Origin: Ginglymostoma cirratum
Taxonomy: Eukaryota
DNA length: 64,000 bases
Reading direction: 5' to 3'
Assembly (NCBI GenBank): GCA_024137785.1
Contig: JAHRHZ010000031.1
Location: forward strand, 3,829,725-3,893,724
Position 1 is the stretch's first letter, and each line of letters begins with the position of its first letter. The notes under the pieces are model-generated. The model had not been told where the DNA came from. It was given only the letters and a program-made list of their open reading frames with translations, and did not search any database. Positions 11,950 to 33,945 of this stretch are shown one piece after another. The position numbers and the translations under genes were made by a program.

Positions 11950-12400
11950 TTACACCACCGCCGCTGAGCAAAGTTCATAAAACCATTTTTGTTGGTGGTA
12001 TCAGCGATGTAAAACAATGAATACTACTAGCAACTTCTGCCAATGTTCATTAAAACAACAGTGCTGGAAGAATGCGCTAAATGCTTGAAATAATCTTAAC
12101 CCAGTGTAGGGATTACTTGTGGCAGTGCAGAAAATGCCAGTATTCATTCTTTCATTGACAAATTGGACCCTGGGTCCAAAGAACATTGTTGTCCACCTGA
12201 ATGTTATGTTGTGTTATTAAAGCTTTTTCTCCCTCTCGAAATTAACGAGATGGATGTTTTAATTGCTTTGCAATGTTGTGCTTATTAACTATCACACTTA
12301 GAAATTAGCCAGCACATACGCATATGCAAGCGTGATTTGTGAATGAATGGAACTTTCCTGAAACGGAATGGCTGGCTGGAAAACACCTTCCTGTTGTGCA
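11950..12400. promoter_or_regulatory. Candidate conserved non-coding element immediately 3' of ARX
   Basis: Unique sequence with SOX-like CATTGTT, multiple TAAT cores and the perfect palindrome TTGGACCC-T-GGGTCCAA (12163-12179). Confidence 0.35.
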
Positions 12401-12649
12401 GCCTGAATGTCACCATACAGTCAGGCAGAAACCTGCCAGTGTTCGAGCCTATAAAGTACATCAAGCTGTTTTAAAGAAACTATCTATCAGCTGACTGCAC
12501 CTATTTTGGGCAGAAACACAACTGGCACTTTTAGTTATTTTTAATTATGAATTTGAGTCGATTGTTCTGTACTGGCAGTGAGTTTGTCCGCAGTGGATAA
12601 ATGCTCAGTAGTATAAGTACTCGGGTTTTAGAATAAGCGCTTTCTCCAA

Positions 12650-13587
12650 TTAGCTTGTTAAGCGTAACATTTTATTTTCGAGTGTCGCCACTCTTCTAGC
12701 CCATATCAAGAAGTTACAACAGTACACGTAATATACCAAGTTGCTTTTTATAAGGTTTTCGAAACCTCTATGGTTAATAAGTTAAATAAAATGTTTGTCC
12801 ATAAATAATTATTCTACGAACCTAATACATCCACATCACTGTATAAGAACTGTCTGGTAATTCTAGAGAATAAACTTTCACAACACGCTGAGTGCAAATT
12901 TTCATTTTTTTTTAAAAATGTACAATTATTTTCCTTGGAAATTCTGAAGAACGACCATCATGTACAGAAATCAATCACAGTTTAGTGAAATAAGCAGTCC
13001 ACTCGGATTGGCAGTATTTTTGTCCCTTTGGTTTAGTAGCGAACCGCTGGTTGGCTACACTGATGTATATACATATATAGATATAAAATTCCAGACGTAA
13101 CCAATGCATGTATGCCCGTGTATGCTATACAACTCGTCCGACGCAGAAAGTCAACCTCAATTCATTCAGAAACAGTATCCCTTAAACCTGGCCACCAGGA
13201 ATTGGGAAACTACCCGTGAGTTTTGAATACACTTCTTCGCTCTTTTAATTTCAAAACTGCCCTGATTAGATCAAACACCAGTATATTAAAGAAAGTTTCT
13301 CTCAAGTATATTCTTAATCAGGCGCTCCTATTACTATCTTCCCCTTTCAGGGAAATAAGAATGGTAGGAACATCGCAAATCTCATATGTAAACAATGTAA
13401 TTGATTTTCTCTTTCTGTCTCTGTCTTGGCTGTTTTTGATATTAAGTGTGGCTTGTTGATGTGATGAAAGGGATACTGACTCTATGGGGGCATGCACAGT
13501 CTGAGAACCCAATCCACGCGGTGTAACTGGTCCTCTTTCTGAATTTGGTCTTGATCAGCAGCGTGTGTGAAGCCCCTTGCTGTGTAC
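12650..13587 (-). other. ARX: Probable ARX 3' UTR ending near an AATAAA poly(A) signal at 12676-12671
   Basis: AU-rich sequence after the stop codon. The first minus-strand AATAAA I found is ~910 nt downstream. The cleavage site is inferred. Confidence 0.6.
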
Positions 13588-22835
<9,248 letters not shown>

Positions 22836-23050
22836 GGTTGGAGCCTGAGTTCTGAGTTGCCGGAGGCTACGATTCCCCCACTTGTACGGCAATCGCTCTT
22901 GCTCTGATCGAGGTACTAATGACATTTGTATTGGGCTGTAATTGCTTTGCTCTCGATTCTCCAACACACGTGCTGAAACCTCTGTGATTGGCTCTCCGGG
23001 ACCTGGGGAGCTTCTTTTTTCACATTCCACCAACAGGAAGTTTAGGCGAA
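22836..23050 (-). promoter_or_regulatory. ARX 5' UTR / proximal promoter with two CCAAT boxes
   Basis: Minus-strand CCAAT at 22934-22930 and 22991-22987, ETS-like CAGGAAG near 23034-23040, CpG-rich. The TSS cannot be determined from sequence. Confidence 0.55.
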
Positions 23051-26000
23051 TGAGAAAACGAGGTATGGATCTTTAAGGAATGAACCCGGTGAAAGAGCTC
23101 TGTTCCTCCGGCTGGAGTTGTAAAGAGCGGCTGTTTCATCTTTTAAGCCATGAAGCTGCACTTAGCCGAATAGACGGTGGGTGTAGTAACACGCAGATCC
23201 CCTGCGTAATGTCACTCAGCAAGTTATCTGCCTTTTTTTTCGGTTTGAAAAGTTGCAGATTGTGTATTTAAATCCGGTCGATCTGAATGAACCTTTGGGA
23301 AAGATTAATTAAGATATAGGTCAGAACATTTTTCATTGAGTGACAATTTGTGCATCTAAGCATTTATGAACTACAACTTAAAGTCAGGGTTTGGCCTTGT
23401 ATCCATTGCAAATTGTATCAATATGATAGATTTCAATTGGAAAATGCTGCATTTCTGAATGTAAGCTTGAACTGAGTAAGCCCCTCATCCTGTTCTGTCA
23501 GTCACTCATTGTGAATCAATGCACTGTAATTTAGGTCAACATTAAATCACTGTCTGCTCAAACATTATATCCCGTTGGTATAAAGTGATTTTTCTCTCTC
23601 TGTCTTTCTCTGTTGTCAGAATGTCCAGGTGTTTTAATTGTAACACTTTTGTAACAATGTAAAGAATTTCAGCGTCTAATTCCGGGAAGGTCTGTAAACC
23701 CAGCACACTCAATAATCCGCAACAGGACTTTGTAACTACTCCCTCTTTACCCATCAAATTAAAGGCTAGATTAACTTGTAATGTGATATATTAAACGTTC
23801 GTATCGGTAGCTAAATGTGTTTTACAATAACGATTGTCGTGATTTTTATGGGATATGGATCTTGTCAGTAGATGTGATGTATACTATCAGGAATGTGATC
23901 GGGGTGTACTGTTGATCAATGCTGAGATGGTTATAATCATTTCATAAACTAACCCTATAAAGCCCTAGATGAGAAATAGTAAGTTTTATGGACCAGCCGA
24001 ATTGCTCAATTCTTGGAACTCCATTCAGCTATTCGGTATGGAAATTAATTTGACGATGTTTCATTTAGTCTCATCAAATGTTGGTTTTAAATGGCGTATT
24101 GCAGATATTTCGCGGCGGAGAACTTCATTTTGTATCTATAATAGCACTTCATGACTAAAACGGCGCATTGCGTGACTGTTGGGGGGTGAGCAGTGGAGAG
24201 TGGGGGTGTTGGGGGAGAGCCCGAAACGTTTGTTTTTTCTAGCGCAGACCTAAATTTAATTACACAGCGAAAACAACCAACTCAACTGCATATCAACATA
24301 ATAATCCCAAACAACAGGCGTCTCATACTTAGTTTTTATTTGCGTTTTTTTCGCCTCGTGTCATTAAATGCCTTCGGTTTTTCAAAACAAGAAGAATACA
24401 GAGTTTTCGAAACTATTGTACTGCAAACATATATTTCTGAACTCATTTGTGGCTAGACTTTAGACAGTTGCTGATTTAGGGAGGCACATCATTTACAAGA
24501 GAGAGATGGAAAAGGATCTGTCACCCTATCTCCGCACAATCAGTCATAAAAAAAAACAGCTCATCTACAAAGCAAATCGACTGCAGCGGCGGCAAGAAAA
24601 CCGGCCAAATCTTAAAAATACTTCAGTCTGATAGAATAGAACAGATTCGCTTGAACATATTGGGCATACAATTTTCAACCAGCTAAATTTTCAAAAGAAA
24701 AGGGAAGGGAATTTATAGGATGAAGGTAATTATGAATAACAGCCAACACACACGCATATTAAAAACAGACTAGACATGTAGATTAATATTTTATTCACGT
24801 ATTTTCATAAATTTATATTTTAAAACAAACCTAAAATATTTATTGTTTAATCGTCTACTGCTTCAGGATGCAAAATGAACAGATTTTTGACCAAAAAGAT
24901 TTGGAACTACTTATCTGGGGCAAGAGGCGACTTACATATCCACAAAATAATCAGGTTCACGTTTGTCTGTGCGGAGGCAAATATAAAGGACTGCCATGAA
25001 TGGAGTAATAACATCTCCCACTATCTGAAACAAGCGTATCAAGCCTTTAGTGTATGAACAGATTCCTCATTCTGTTTGTGAATGTGGATGACTGTAAGGG
25101 AGAGGCAGACATGAGCTCCATTAGACCCTCAGGAAAATGTATTTTCCTGCTGGGTGTCATCCGAATGTACCGTCTTGGGACCGCAGCAATACCGCAGTAG
25201 CTCAATTTGTAAAACATCATTAAAAAGGCTTTACATTCGTTATTTTTTTAAACAGGGTCGGCCGTGGAGTTTGCGGTGGGGTGGGGTGATGTTTAACATG
25301 CAGGCGTATTTGCCCGTGAATGAAGTGGAACATGATGGTGTTAATGTTACTTCGTGAGCTGTGATTGCTCCTTTCTCTAAACGAATAAAATTGACATGAA
25401 TTGACATAATCGGCGATTAAAAGTGCTAGATATGTTCATACAAAGTGCGTTATTAACACTCATCATTAACTCCTCGCTTGTAATCGAACGTGTCAGTCTT
25501 ACACAGCACAACTTAAGGCATCTACAAGCTTTAATGATGTTGGAACCAATGGGTGCTGAATGATTGCTATGGCATTTTGAAAATATTTTGTTTTAAATTC
25601 CTTCGAGGATGAGTGCGAGGAACATATGTTGTGGCTGATAACCATTGCTGCTGGAATATTTAGTCAACAGTTTTTTTTGCTACTTCTACTGAGCTTTATC
25701 TGCAGCAATATGTGTATATCTTTGTGTGTCCGTATATAGCGTCTGAAACATCGCCTGCCGAAAGCTGCACTGTGAATGGTCGAACTCACTGCCTACTTTG
25801 ATCAGATTCCCTCAATCTTCAATTGCCTCTTCACCAATACATTTACTTCTTTGCAGATCTGCTCCCAAGCGGCCTTTTCTTATTCTTGACTGCTGTGTAA
25901 ATTGAAAACGAGCGAACGGGAGAAGATCAGTATGTAACCATATAGCAATTGTAGCCAGCAAGTGAACTATGATGGAGTGCGCACTCTATCATAAGAAACA

Positions 26001-26110
26001 AACGACAATCAAAGGAGAATTTATTTTGTTTTAGTCATTAAACTAATGGGCATTAATGTTGAACATAGGTAGATGCAGTCAGGTGTTGAACAATTAATGG
26101 GGCTAAAATA

Positions 26111-26241
26111 AAGAACTGCGGATGCTGGAGATCCGAAACAAAACCAGAAAACTGCTGGAAAAAAGAACTCAGCAGGTCTGGCAGCATCTGTGGAGAGAAA
26201 GCAGAGTTAATGTTTCGGGTCTGGCGACCCTTCCTCAGAAC
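26111..26241 (-). mobile_element. Penelope-derived short repeat with hammerhead motif (26206-26241)
   Basis: Minus strand reads GTT-CTGAGGA-A-GGGTC-GCCA-GACCC-GAAA-CA-TT-AAC. Confidence 0.7.
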
Positions 26242-26587
26242 AATAGACCCGAGAGTATGTTCAGGACAATTAATACTGTTAGAAAGCTAAGATTCCGCAG
26301 AGGCAGCTGCATTGCTTCCAACGTGAACTGAAATAATGATTAATGAGAGTTAGCGATTCATTTTGTTTATTTTGTATACCGATGGCGGCATTGCCAAATA
26401 CATATTTTGGATTATGTACTACAGAGCGCCATTAATCTCGATCCAATTTTGAGCCACTTTTGTGAACCTACTGATTCTTAACTAAAATATTTGTCTTGGA
26501 GTGGCAGATTAGCAATTATAAATTCATTCGGCGTGGCGGGTTTTTGTTCTAAACATCACATTGTGTATCTATGTTATGAATTATGGC

Positions 26588-26700
26588 CATGATGTGGAGG
26601 TGCCGGTGTAGGACTGGAGTGAACGAGGTCAGGAATTATACAACACCAGATTATAGCCCAACAGGCTTATTTGAAACACAACCTTTCGGAACTAACACCT
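26588..26700. mobile_element. Penelope-derived fragment (same family as 6010 and 40150)
   Basis: GATGTGGAGGTGCCGGTGTAGGACTGG...CAACACCAGATTATAGCCCAACAGG. Confidence 0.6.
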
Positions 26701-28399
26701 GAAGGATCAATTATGGCGGCGTTTGCAGGAGAGACTTGTAAAATTGAATGTGCCCAGAGTTGGGAGTGGAACAGGGAAGGTCGAAACATTCGTTGCCTCC
26801 GGCTTACAGCAGTACTTGTCATCAATGTCTCAAATTTGAAATCTTATCACATATCTCCCAGGGTAAACTTATTCAGTCGTTTCTCTAAAATATGTATCCG
26901 CTCCCATTTATAACATCCTAACCATGTTGTAGCACTAAAGCTCGTGGACATGAACACGGCAAGAGCAAAAAGTCCGTTGCCATTGGTCAGAATATGGAGA
27001 GTTTTTCTGAGACCTTGGGTTCAGTGCTTCGATTGCTGCAAGTTGTAAGGATGAGTTTTTGTAGTTTCTTCATTGCCTGTGGCCGCCTGTAGACGTTGTA
27101 GCAGCTAAAAATTTGATTTCCTGCATGCTCCCGCCTCACCCGTATACGAAGAGGTTGGTACGAATAACTTTGAAGCCCTATTTCAAGTCGAATCCATAAA
27201 ACGTGATGTACACGATCGCAGCTCAATAACACATTCCGACCGGTGACCAGCTGAAACGTGAAACCGGTGTGTCTGCTGCTCAGGTATTGTGGTTTCCCAA
27301 ACTTCCTATTCACGAAAATCCGAGCTGAAATTCAATACACCGGGAATGGGAATGACATCTCACTACTTACCCACAGGCCACAAACAAACCCTGGAATCAG
27401 TACAAATTCAACAGGTCACTTTGCGGTACCTGTAATTTATAAGATCGCAATGATATATTTCAAGACAATAGCCCAGTAGAAAACCGCAACATTTCGTTTC
27501 CGATGTCACTACAGTGATGTACGCTCATCAGTCGAGATTCTCGCTTTATTGTTAAAATCAAAACACACTGCGGCACTGCTGATATAAGTCTCCGAAGTCT
27601 ATGCTAAGATGCATTGGTTCTTCACTTTGACACGAAAAAAACAAAACTTCCTAAATACATTTTAACTTCGGCAGTAAATTGTCACTACTAAGACAGCGGG
27701 AAACAGGGGAACGGACAAACATCTGCAGTAACAATTGCTGTTATTTTCTACGCATTTTTGTTCCGTTGTTGAAAGTATCTTCTTTATGCAATAGGGAATT
27801 TGCATTTTCACCAAACTAAAGGAAAATACACTGGAAATCTGTCAACTGTTATGGAGCACTTATTTTATTTATAATTCTGGAAACGCTCAGAGCCTGCCGC
27901 AGACGGCAGAATGTTTCTGCAACATTGTCTAAATGAAGATCTGGAAAAAGGAACTTTGTTTCTGTCTGCGAAGATGCAGCACTAGAAATGATCAGCAACC
28001 GAGATTATCAAGAAACCCAGAATCAGAGGTTTTCCAATGGGATGGCTCCATCTCGTGGCCGCGACAATAAATGGACCAATTCAAAAAAAACCTAAAATGC
28101 TGGGTATTTATATTGGAAACGGAAAGTGCTCGAACTATTCAGCTGCTCAGCGAGATCCGTAAAAGACAAGCCGTGGAGTTGTGTGGGTGTGTCTGCTGCT
28201 CTTTATACTGACTGACTGTACAGTGTATTTTCAACATTTTCATGTGTGTTTTTAAATTAAATTAATAGGTGAACCACGTCGGAATTGAAAATAGAACCAA
28301 TGCAGTTTCCTACTGTGTCATTCAAATACTGGATATGATATCTGCTACATCGCTCAGATAGTGATTTTTAATTACTTCACGTAGTTTCTAATATTTTTG

Positions 28400-29560
28400 C
28401 TGACAAGTTGTAGCAATGGCAGCTTGCATTTCGAGGTTCTGAAAACATTCCAAGGCACAGGAATTTTAACAAATGAAATGGGACAGCAGCCTTGTGAGGG
28501 TGTATTGGGGCAGGTGACCAAAAAGCAAGGCCGAAGAGGAGAGGCAGGCAGGCAAAACATGAAAAGGTTTAACTGTGGAGTTTGTTGCGGGAACCAAAAA
28601 CCATGATCCATTCTTCCTAATATTGAACTGTGAGACATTTCTGTTGCTGCAATGCTGGATGTGGGATGATTAGCATAAAAAAAGGTAGACATGCGGTAAA
28701 GCAGATATGGAACTTAAGATCGTGTTTTTGAATAATGTCTCTGAGGGATACCATATAGGCCAAAAATGGGAGGGATGAATGGATAGGCGGGGGTGGGGTG
28801 GGGGGCAGTATGGTGCAGTGGGTATTGTTGCAGGAATACAAGAGGCACCAATAACTGTGTGGGAGTGGGAAGAGTAACCATTGCTGATTGTCAACTGGAA
28901 CAACATAACCAGGTGGGTACCACCACAGTCAGCTGGACAAAAGGAGATGAACATGGAACAGGATAATGTGGTTAATCACATCAAAGGTTCCAGAGAGGGT
29001 GAAAAAAGGATGAGGAGCCAGAGTTCACCAATATCACTGTCAAGCAGGATTTCATTTGTGATGTGTTGGGTCTGTGGCAGGGGCTGGAATCTGATTGGAG
29101 AGATTCAAACATGGCATTTCAGGAAATAAGAGGGACATGGTTTTATGAGGCATCAAACAATTCAAGGACTTTGAAGAGGAATGGGAGTTTGGAGATTGGG
29201 TGTTAATTTGCAAGAGCAAGGCGCAAAGATATGTAGTTTTGAGAGGGGTGACGATTGCAGACTTAAGTGGGAGAAGCTGAACTGAGAAGAAGGAAAAAGT
29301 GTTATATCAGCTGACCGTGGAGGTGAGGAAGGGATGTTGGTTTGTGTGCAATTTGTTGGGAATAAAGTCAACAGAGAAGAATGAAGGAAACCAGCGCAAG
29401 GTGTGAGTTCTGGGCTGGGGTGACGGGAACCTTAAATTTGATCTGGTGAAGGAACAGAAGCAGTCAAAGCAGCTGAGTGGAAGGTCTCAAACTTAGTGAC
29501 AAAGAACTGCATGAGTTCCTAGCATCTGTTCGAGAAGGAGATCACGGGGACAGGCTAAAT
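28400..29560 (-). mobile_element. Decayed L2-clade LINE (RT region)
   Basis: Minus translation LRDIIQKHDLKFH resembles L2 RT LGDIIRKHGxxFHxYADD. Purine-rich plus strand, typical of antisense L2. Confidence 0.6.
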
Positions 29561-29944
29561 GGGATTAAGAAGATAATTTAAAAAAAAGTGGAAATGTGAA
29601 GCCAGATTTTATTGTAATATGTCAAATAAAAGCATCTTGTCAAATCTTCATTGGATTATGTCTGAAATACTTAGAAATACTTTTTAAAATGTTGATTAAA
29701 ATCCAATCAATTAGAGTTAGCCCTGGCATCTTTATTGCCTTGTTAAGTGAGATTGTGGATAAGCTTTTACTGTGGCTCATTGGTATGGTTGAAGTTGCCT
29801 ATAACTATTTCAAATTGGATGCTCATGATCAGCTGAAAGAGAGAATTTCCATTTGAACACTATGGGCTGGATTGGATCCCCAATCCTCAACTGAGGAATA
29901 CTGTACTGGGACTGACAATTTAATGTTGGTTCAGTAACTCTGAG

Positions 29945-30070
29945 ATGGTTGGATAATGGAATAGTATAGGTTAGATGGGCTTCAGATTGGTTTCACAGGT
30001 TGGCGCAACATTGAGGGCCGAAGGGCCTGTACTGTGCTGTAATGTTCTATGTTCTGTGTTCTATGTTCTA
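29945..30070 (+). mobile_element. CR1/HER1 LINE 3' tail with (ATGTTCT)n
   Basis: GAGGGCCGAAGGGCCTGTACTGTGCTGTAATGTTCTATGTTCTGTGTTCTATGTTCT. Confidence 0.75.
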
Positions 30071-30879
30071 GAATATGCCAATGTCAGAATATTTTGGCAC
30101 AATGTCTTTCTTGCATCAAGTACAGTGTGTTGAAAGTTACACAGGTGTGAGACACTTGAATGTAAATTATCAGTTGCAATGGAAGGATTTCTTGCTGCAT
30201 GTATGGAACCACCATTCATTTGGAATGTTTTGAGGCTTTTGGAGATGAAAAAAATGGTGGGCATGAGCTAAGATTGATCCTAATAGCAGGATATTAAGTT
30301 TTGTCTTATGAGGCATCACTTGAAATGTACATTACAAAAGAACACTAATTGATTGAATGATTGAATATCCATTCCACATGGGATATACAATCTTTCTGAT
30401 TCGTTGTACTATGGTTACAAACTACTGCTTTGCTTGGTTCTCAATGCATCAGAGATAAAGTAGGGTTTGATGCAAGATAACGTGAGGTAAAAGTGTGACA
30501 GGATTTCAGGCACAGCAATCTATTTGTATTAATTGTCTTATCTAGCACTTATGAAAGATCCAGACCCACATGATGTAGATACTTTGGCCTAGATATTCCA
30601 GTGACTAGATATTTGTTTTTGCAGCATTGATGAGAGTTGTGCTTTGGGACCATGTGCAAAATCTGATACAGCTGACTCCAAGGGAATTGCTTGGGAAATT
30701 GAAAATTCTGAAGGACAATTCCCCATCTACCCTGTCTATATCCTCCATAATTTGATACATCTCAATCATGCCCACCTCCCCCCCCCACCCCACGCCCCCG
30801 TCCCCCCGCAATCTACTCTGCTTCAAAGAAAACAAGCACCGTCTATCCAATCACACTAAGGTCCTACTGATCTTCAGTT

Positions 30880-31400
30880 GAGGTATAGGGAAAGAACTGC
30901 TGTAGTGAAGGGAGTTCTACATTTTCGCCCCAGCAGTTGTGAAGGAATGGTGATAGATTTCCAAGTCAGGATAATGTCCAACTTGGAGGGGAGCTTTCAT
31001 GTGATTATATTCCCCGAAATCTGCTGCCCCTGTCTTTCGCTGTGGTTGTGGATTTGGAGATTACTGTTGGAAGAGCCTTGCTAAGTTACTACAGTGCACC
31101 ATGCACCATGCACCGGTTTCATTGTGCATTAGTGGTGAAGGAATGAATGGTGATGGTGCTAAATGGGGTGCCAGTCAAGTGAACTGCATTTCCTGGTTTT
31201 AACCATCCAGGAAAGTGGAAAGTATTCAATCATATTCCTGACTCGTGCGTTATAGATGGTGGACAGGGATTATGGAAACAGGAGAGAGTCACTTTCTGCA
31301 GAATTTTTAGCCTCTACCCTACTGTTGTGGCTATCATGTTTATATGGCTGGTTCAGTTTATTTCTGGTCAATAGTAACTCCTATGATGCTTATAAGTACG
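30880..31400 (-). mobile_element. Decayed LINE 3' region (same family as 50590-51365)
   Basis: Reverse complement matches CCTGACTTGGAAAT...GAACTCCCT of the 51.2-kb copy. Confidence 0.6.
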
Positions 31401-31924
31401 TAGATTGGGACCATCTATAGCCTGTGACTCTAATTCAGACTTGGGACTGTTTGGAGGCTTTCAGAAGCTGGGCAATTGCCCATCAAAGCTTCAACTTCCC
31501 AGGTAATTCCAGGGGAGCCAGCTGCAGTGGGACTTTCACACAGTCCGGATACACAACACCAGTCTACTGTGCTTCAATGTCTGTCTTTCCCTCATAAAAT
31601 TGGGACCATTATGACCTTGAATACAAAACAATGTAAAAGTGACACTTGTATCATTGGGTCACTGTATCCAGTGCCTAATGATAGCACCTTATGTACTCGA
31701 TTTCAAGCTCAAAGAAATTTGGAAGGTATAATTTTTTAGTTTCTGTCAGTATGTGTCGGTGACCTGGTATACAATGTTTTGCATCTGGGTTTCATGGTAA
31801 ACATGTACTTGTGTTTTGTGTATCTCTCTGTGTTTAATGCCATGTCTAATGTGACTGTGTTCAAGTGCACATTATGGGTGTGATGTCCCTTTGTCAAGTT
31901 TTCGTGTGTTACGTTATCGTAGAC

Positions 31925-32490
31925 TTTCTGTAGAATATTGGTATGCCCTCAACTGGAGTATTGCATCCAGTTTTGTGGATCATCAATTATGAAGCGAAAA
32001 CATTAGATGGAGTGCAGAAAAGATTGATGGTAAAGGTGCCAAGCTTTAGGCACTTCTGTTATGATGAAAGTTTGGAGAAGTTGGCATTTTTTTTATTGGA
32101 GAAGAGAAGCTTGACAGAGATTTGTTGGAGGGATTCAAAACCATGAGGGGTCTGGACAAGAGGATAGAAAGAAATTATTTCCATTGGTAGAAGTATTGAG
32201 AAACAGAATGAAGTTTGAAGGTATTTGGTGAAAGAAGCAATAGAAACATGAAGGAAAACCTTTTCATGCAGTGAATGGTTCAAGTATATCGAATGCATTG
32301 CTTAAGTGTGTCAGAGGCAGGTTTAGTTGAGACATTCAAGAGGAAATTGGATTGCTATCTGAAAAGGAAGAATATACAGAGTTGTAGTGTGAAGATTGGG
32401 GAGTGCCATCAGGTATATTTGTCCTTCGGAGGGCCAGCAGACAGAGCAGGCTGAATGGACACCTTTTGAGCTGTAACTGTTCTGTGATTT
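31925..32490 (+). mobile_element. CR1 LINE 3' end
   Basis: LEYCIQFW/VQKR/YxExLEKLxLFxLEKR-like remnants and tail GGCTGAATGG...CTGTAACTGTTCTGTGATT. Confidence 0.8.
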
Positions 32491-33439
32491 TGTTTGTTCG
32501 ACATTGTTTTCTGCACAGACTAAAACATATTGTTGAAGAGTAATTGATCCCTTTTGAGTGATTAAGTATGTATGCATGTGTAACATATACGCATACAATA
32601 TATATGTGTGATTTACCATGACAGTGATTAAGTTGACACAAGATGCAGAGTGCAGCAATGATTGCTAATATAATAGACTTCAATATGGATAGACCTTGTA
32701 GGTTATCATTGCCAACTTACCACTGATGTTATTTAAATAATTTGCTCATTTAACAGAAAATGAACAAACCATATTTCAAACAAAAGATATAATGTAGTGC
32801 TCAGAACAAGTGGCTGAAAATCAAAACGAACTGGGGCTTTACAACACTGATAACCATTTTGCTATTGTAGCTTCAGTGACATCATCCAATCTCAGTTCAC
32901 TGCCTGTCGTTATTCATATAAAAAAGATTACATAGCAAAGTAAATTACAATTTCTGGTTAACGTATTTGTGGTTGTTTACGCGTTAATATTTTATATGAT
33001 CAAAAGTTCTTCTTGAGCGAATTAAAGTGAAATTGAATTGAGTAGGGAGTCTCTTGTTAAAATAAATATATTTTCATATGATGGAAATATGGTTTGAAGA
33101 TGTTTCATTTCTTCACTGTACTGAATTTCTGCTATACAGGAAGATAGCTTGCTTACTGCTAATTACCTGTGTTCTTTGTTTCATAAGTAGCAATGCAGCA
33201 CTCTTCTAATTAACACGGAAATTTTTGTTCGTGTCTGATGAATAAAATGCTTCTATCATTTGAAATTTAATTGGAATTTTACTGACCATGCATTACATTT
33301 CACTTATGCCTTGAAGATCTACATTCAAGATTGTATTTTGCACCTATCGTAAATAACAATAATGCCCCCTCGTGGATGTTATGCAGAAATAGAACTGTAT
33401 GACAAAGTCCCTGGAAATCAGTGCTAACTAACTAACAAA

Positions 33440-33930
33440 GGGACCTTAGTGTCCTTGTCAAGAACCCCCCAACGACTAATATGTAGGTGCAACAAGTTAT
33501 TAGTAAAGGTAATGGAATGTTAGCCTTTATCACAAGAGCTCTTGAGTACAGGAGTAGTGTAGCCTTACTTCAATTGTAAGAAAACCTTGGTTAGATTGCA
33601 CATGGGGTACTCTGTGCAGTTTTGGTCTCCTTGTCTCAGTGTTTCCAACTTTCACAATTGAAAAATAAGGAGAATGTCACTTATGACCCAATGAGGAGAC
33701 TCTTTTTTTAATTAGAGAGTCGTGAATCATTAGAATTCTCTGCTACAGAGAGCTGTAGAAGCTTAACCTTTGAGTATGTTTAATGTACAGATTGATAGAT
33801 TTCTGATTATCAATGGCATAAAGGGTTTTGGTGATCGTGTGGTAAAGTGTTTGATCAGCCATAATTATATTGAATGGCAGAACGGGCTTGATGGATGAAT
33901 AGCCTACTCCTGTTCCCACCATGTTATTTA
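33440..33930 (+). mobile_element. CR1 LINE 3' end, internally deleted
   Basis: AGGGACCTTAGTGTCCTTGT...GTGCAGTTTTGGTCTCC...TTGAATGGCAGAACGGGCTTGA...CCTACTCCTGTTCC. Confidence 0.75.
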
Positions 33931-33945
33931 TGATTAAAGTCCACA

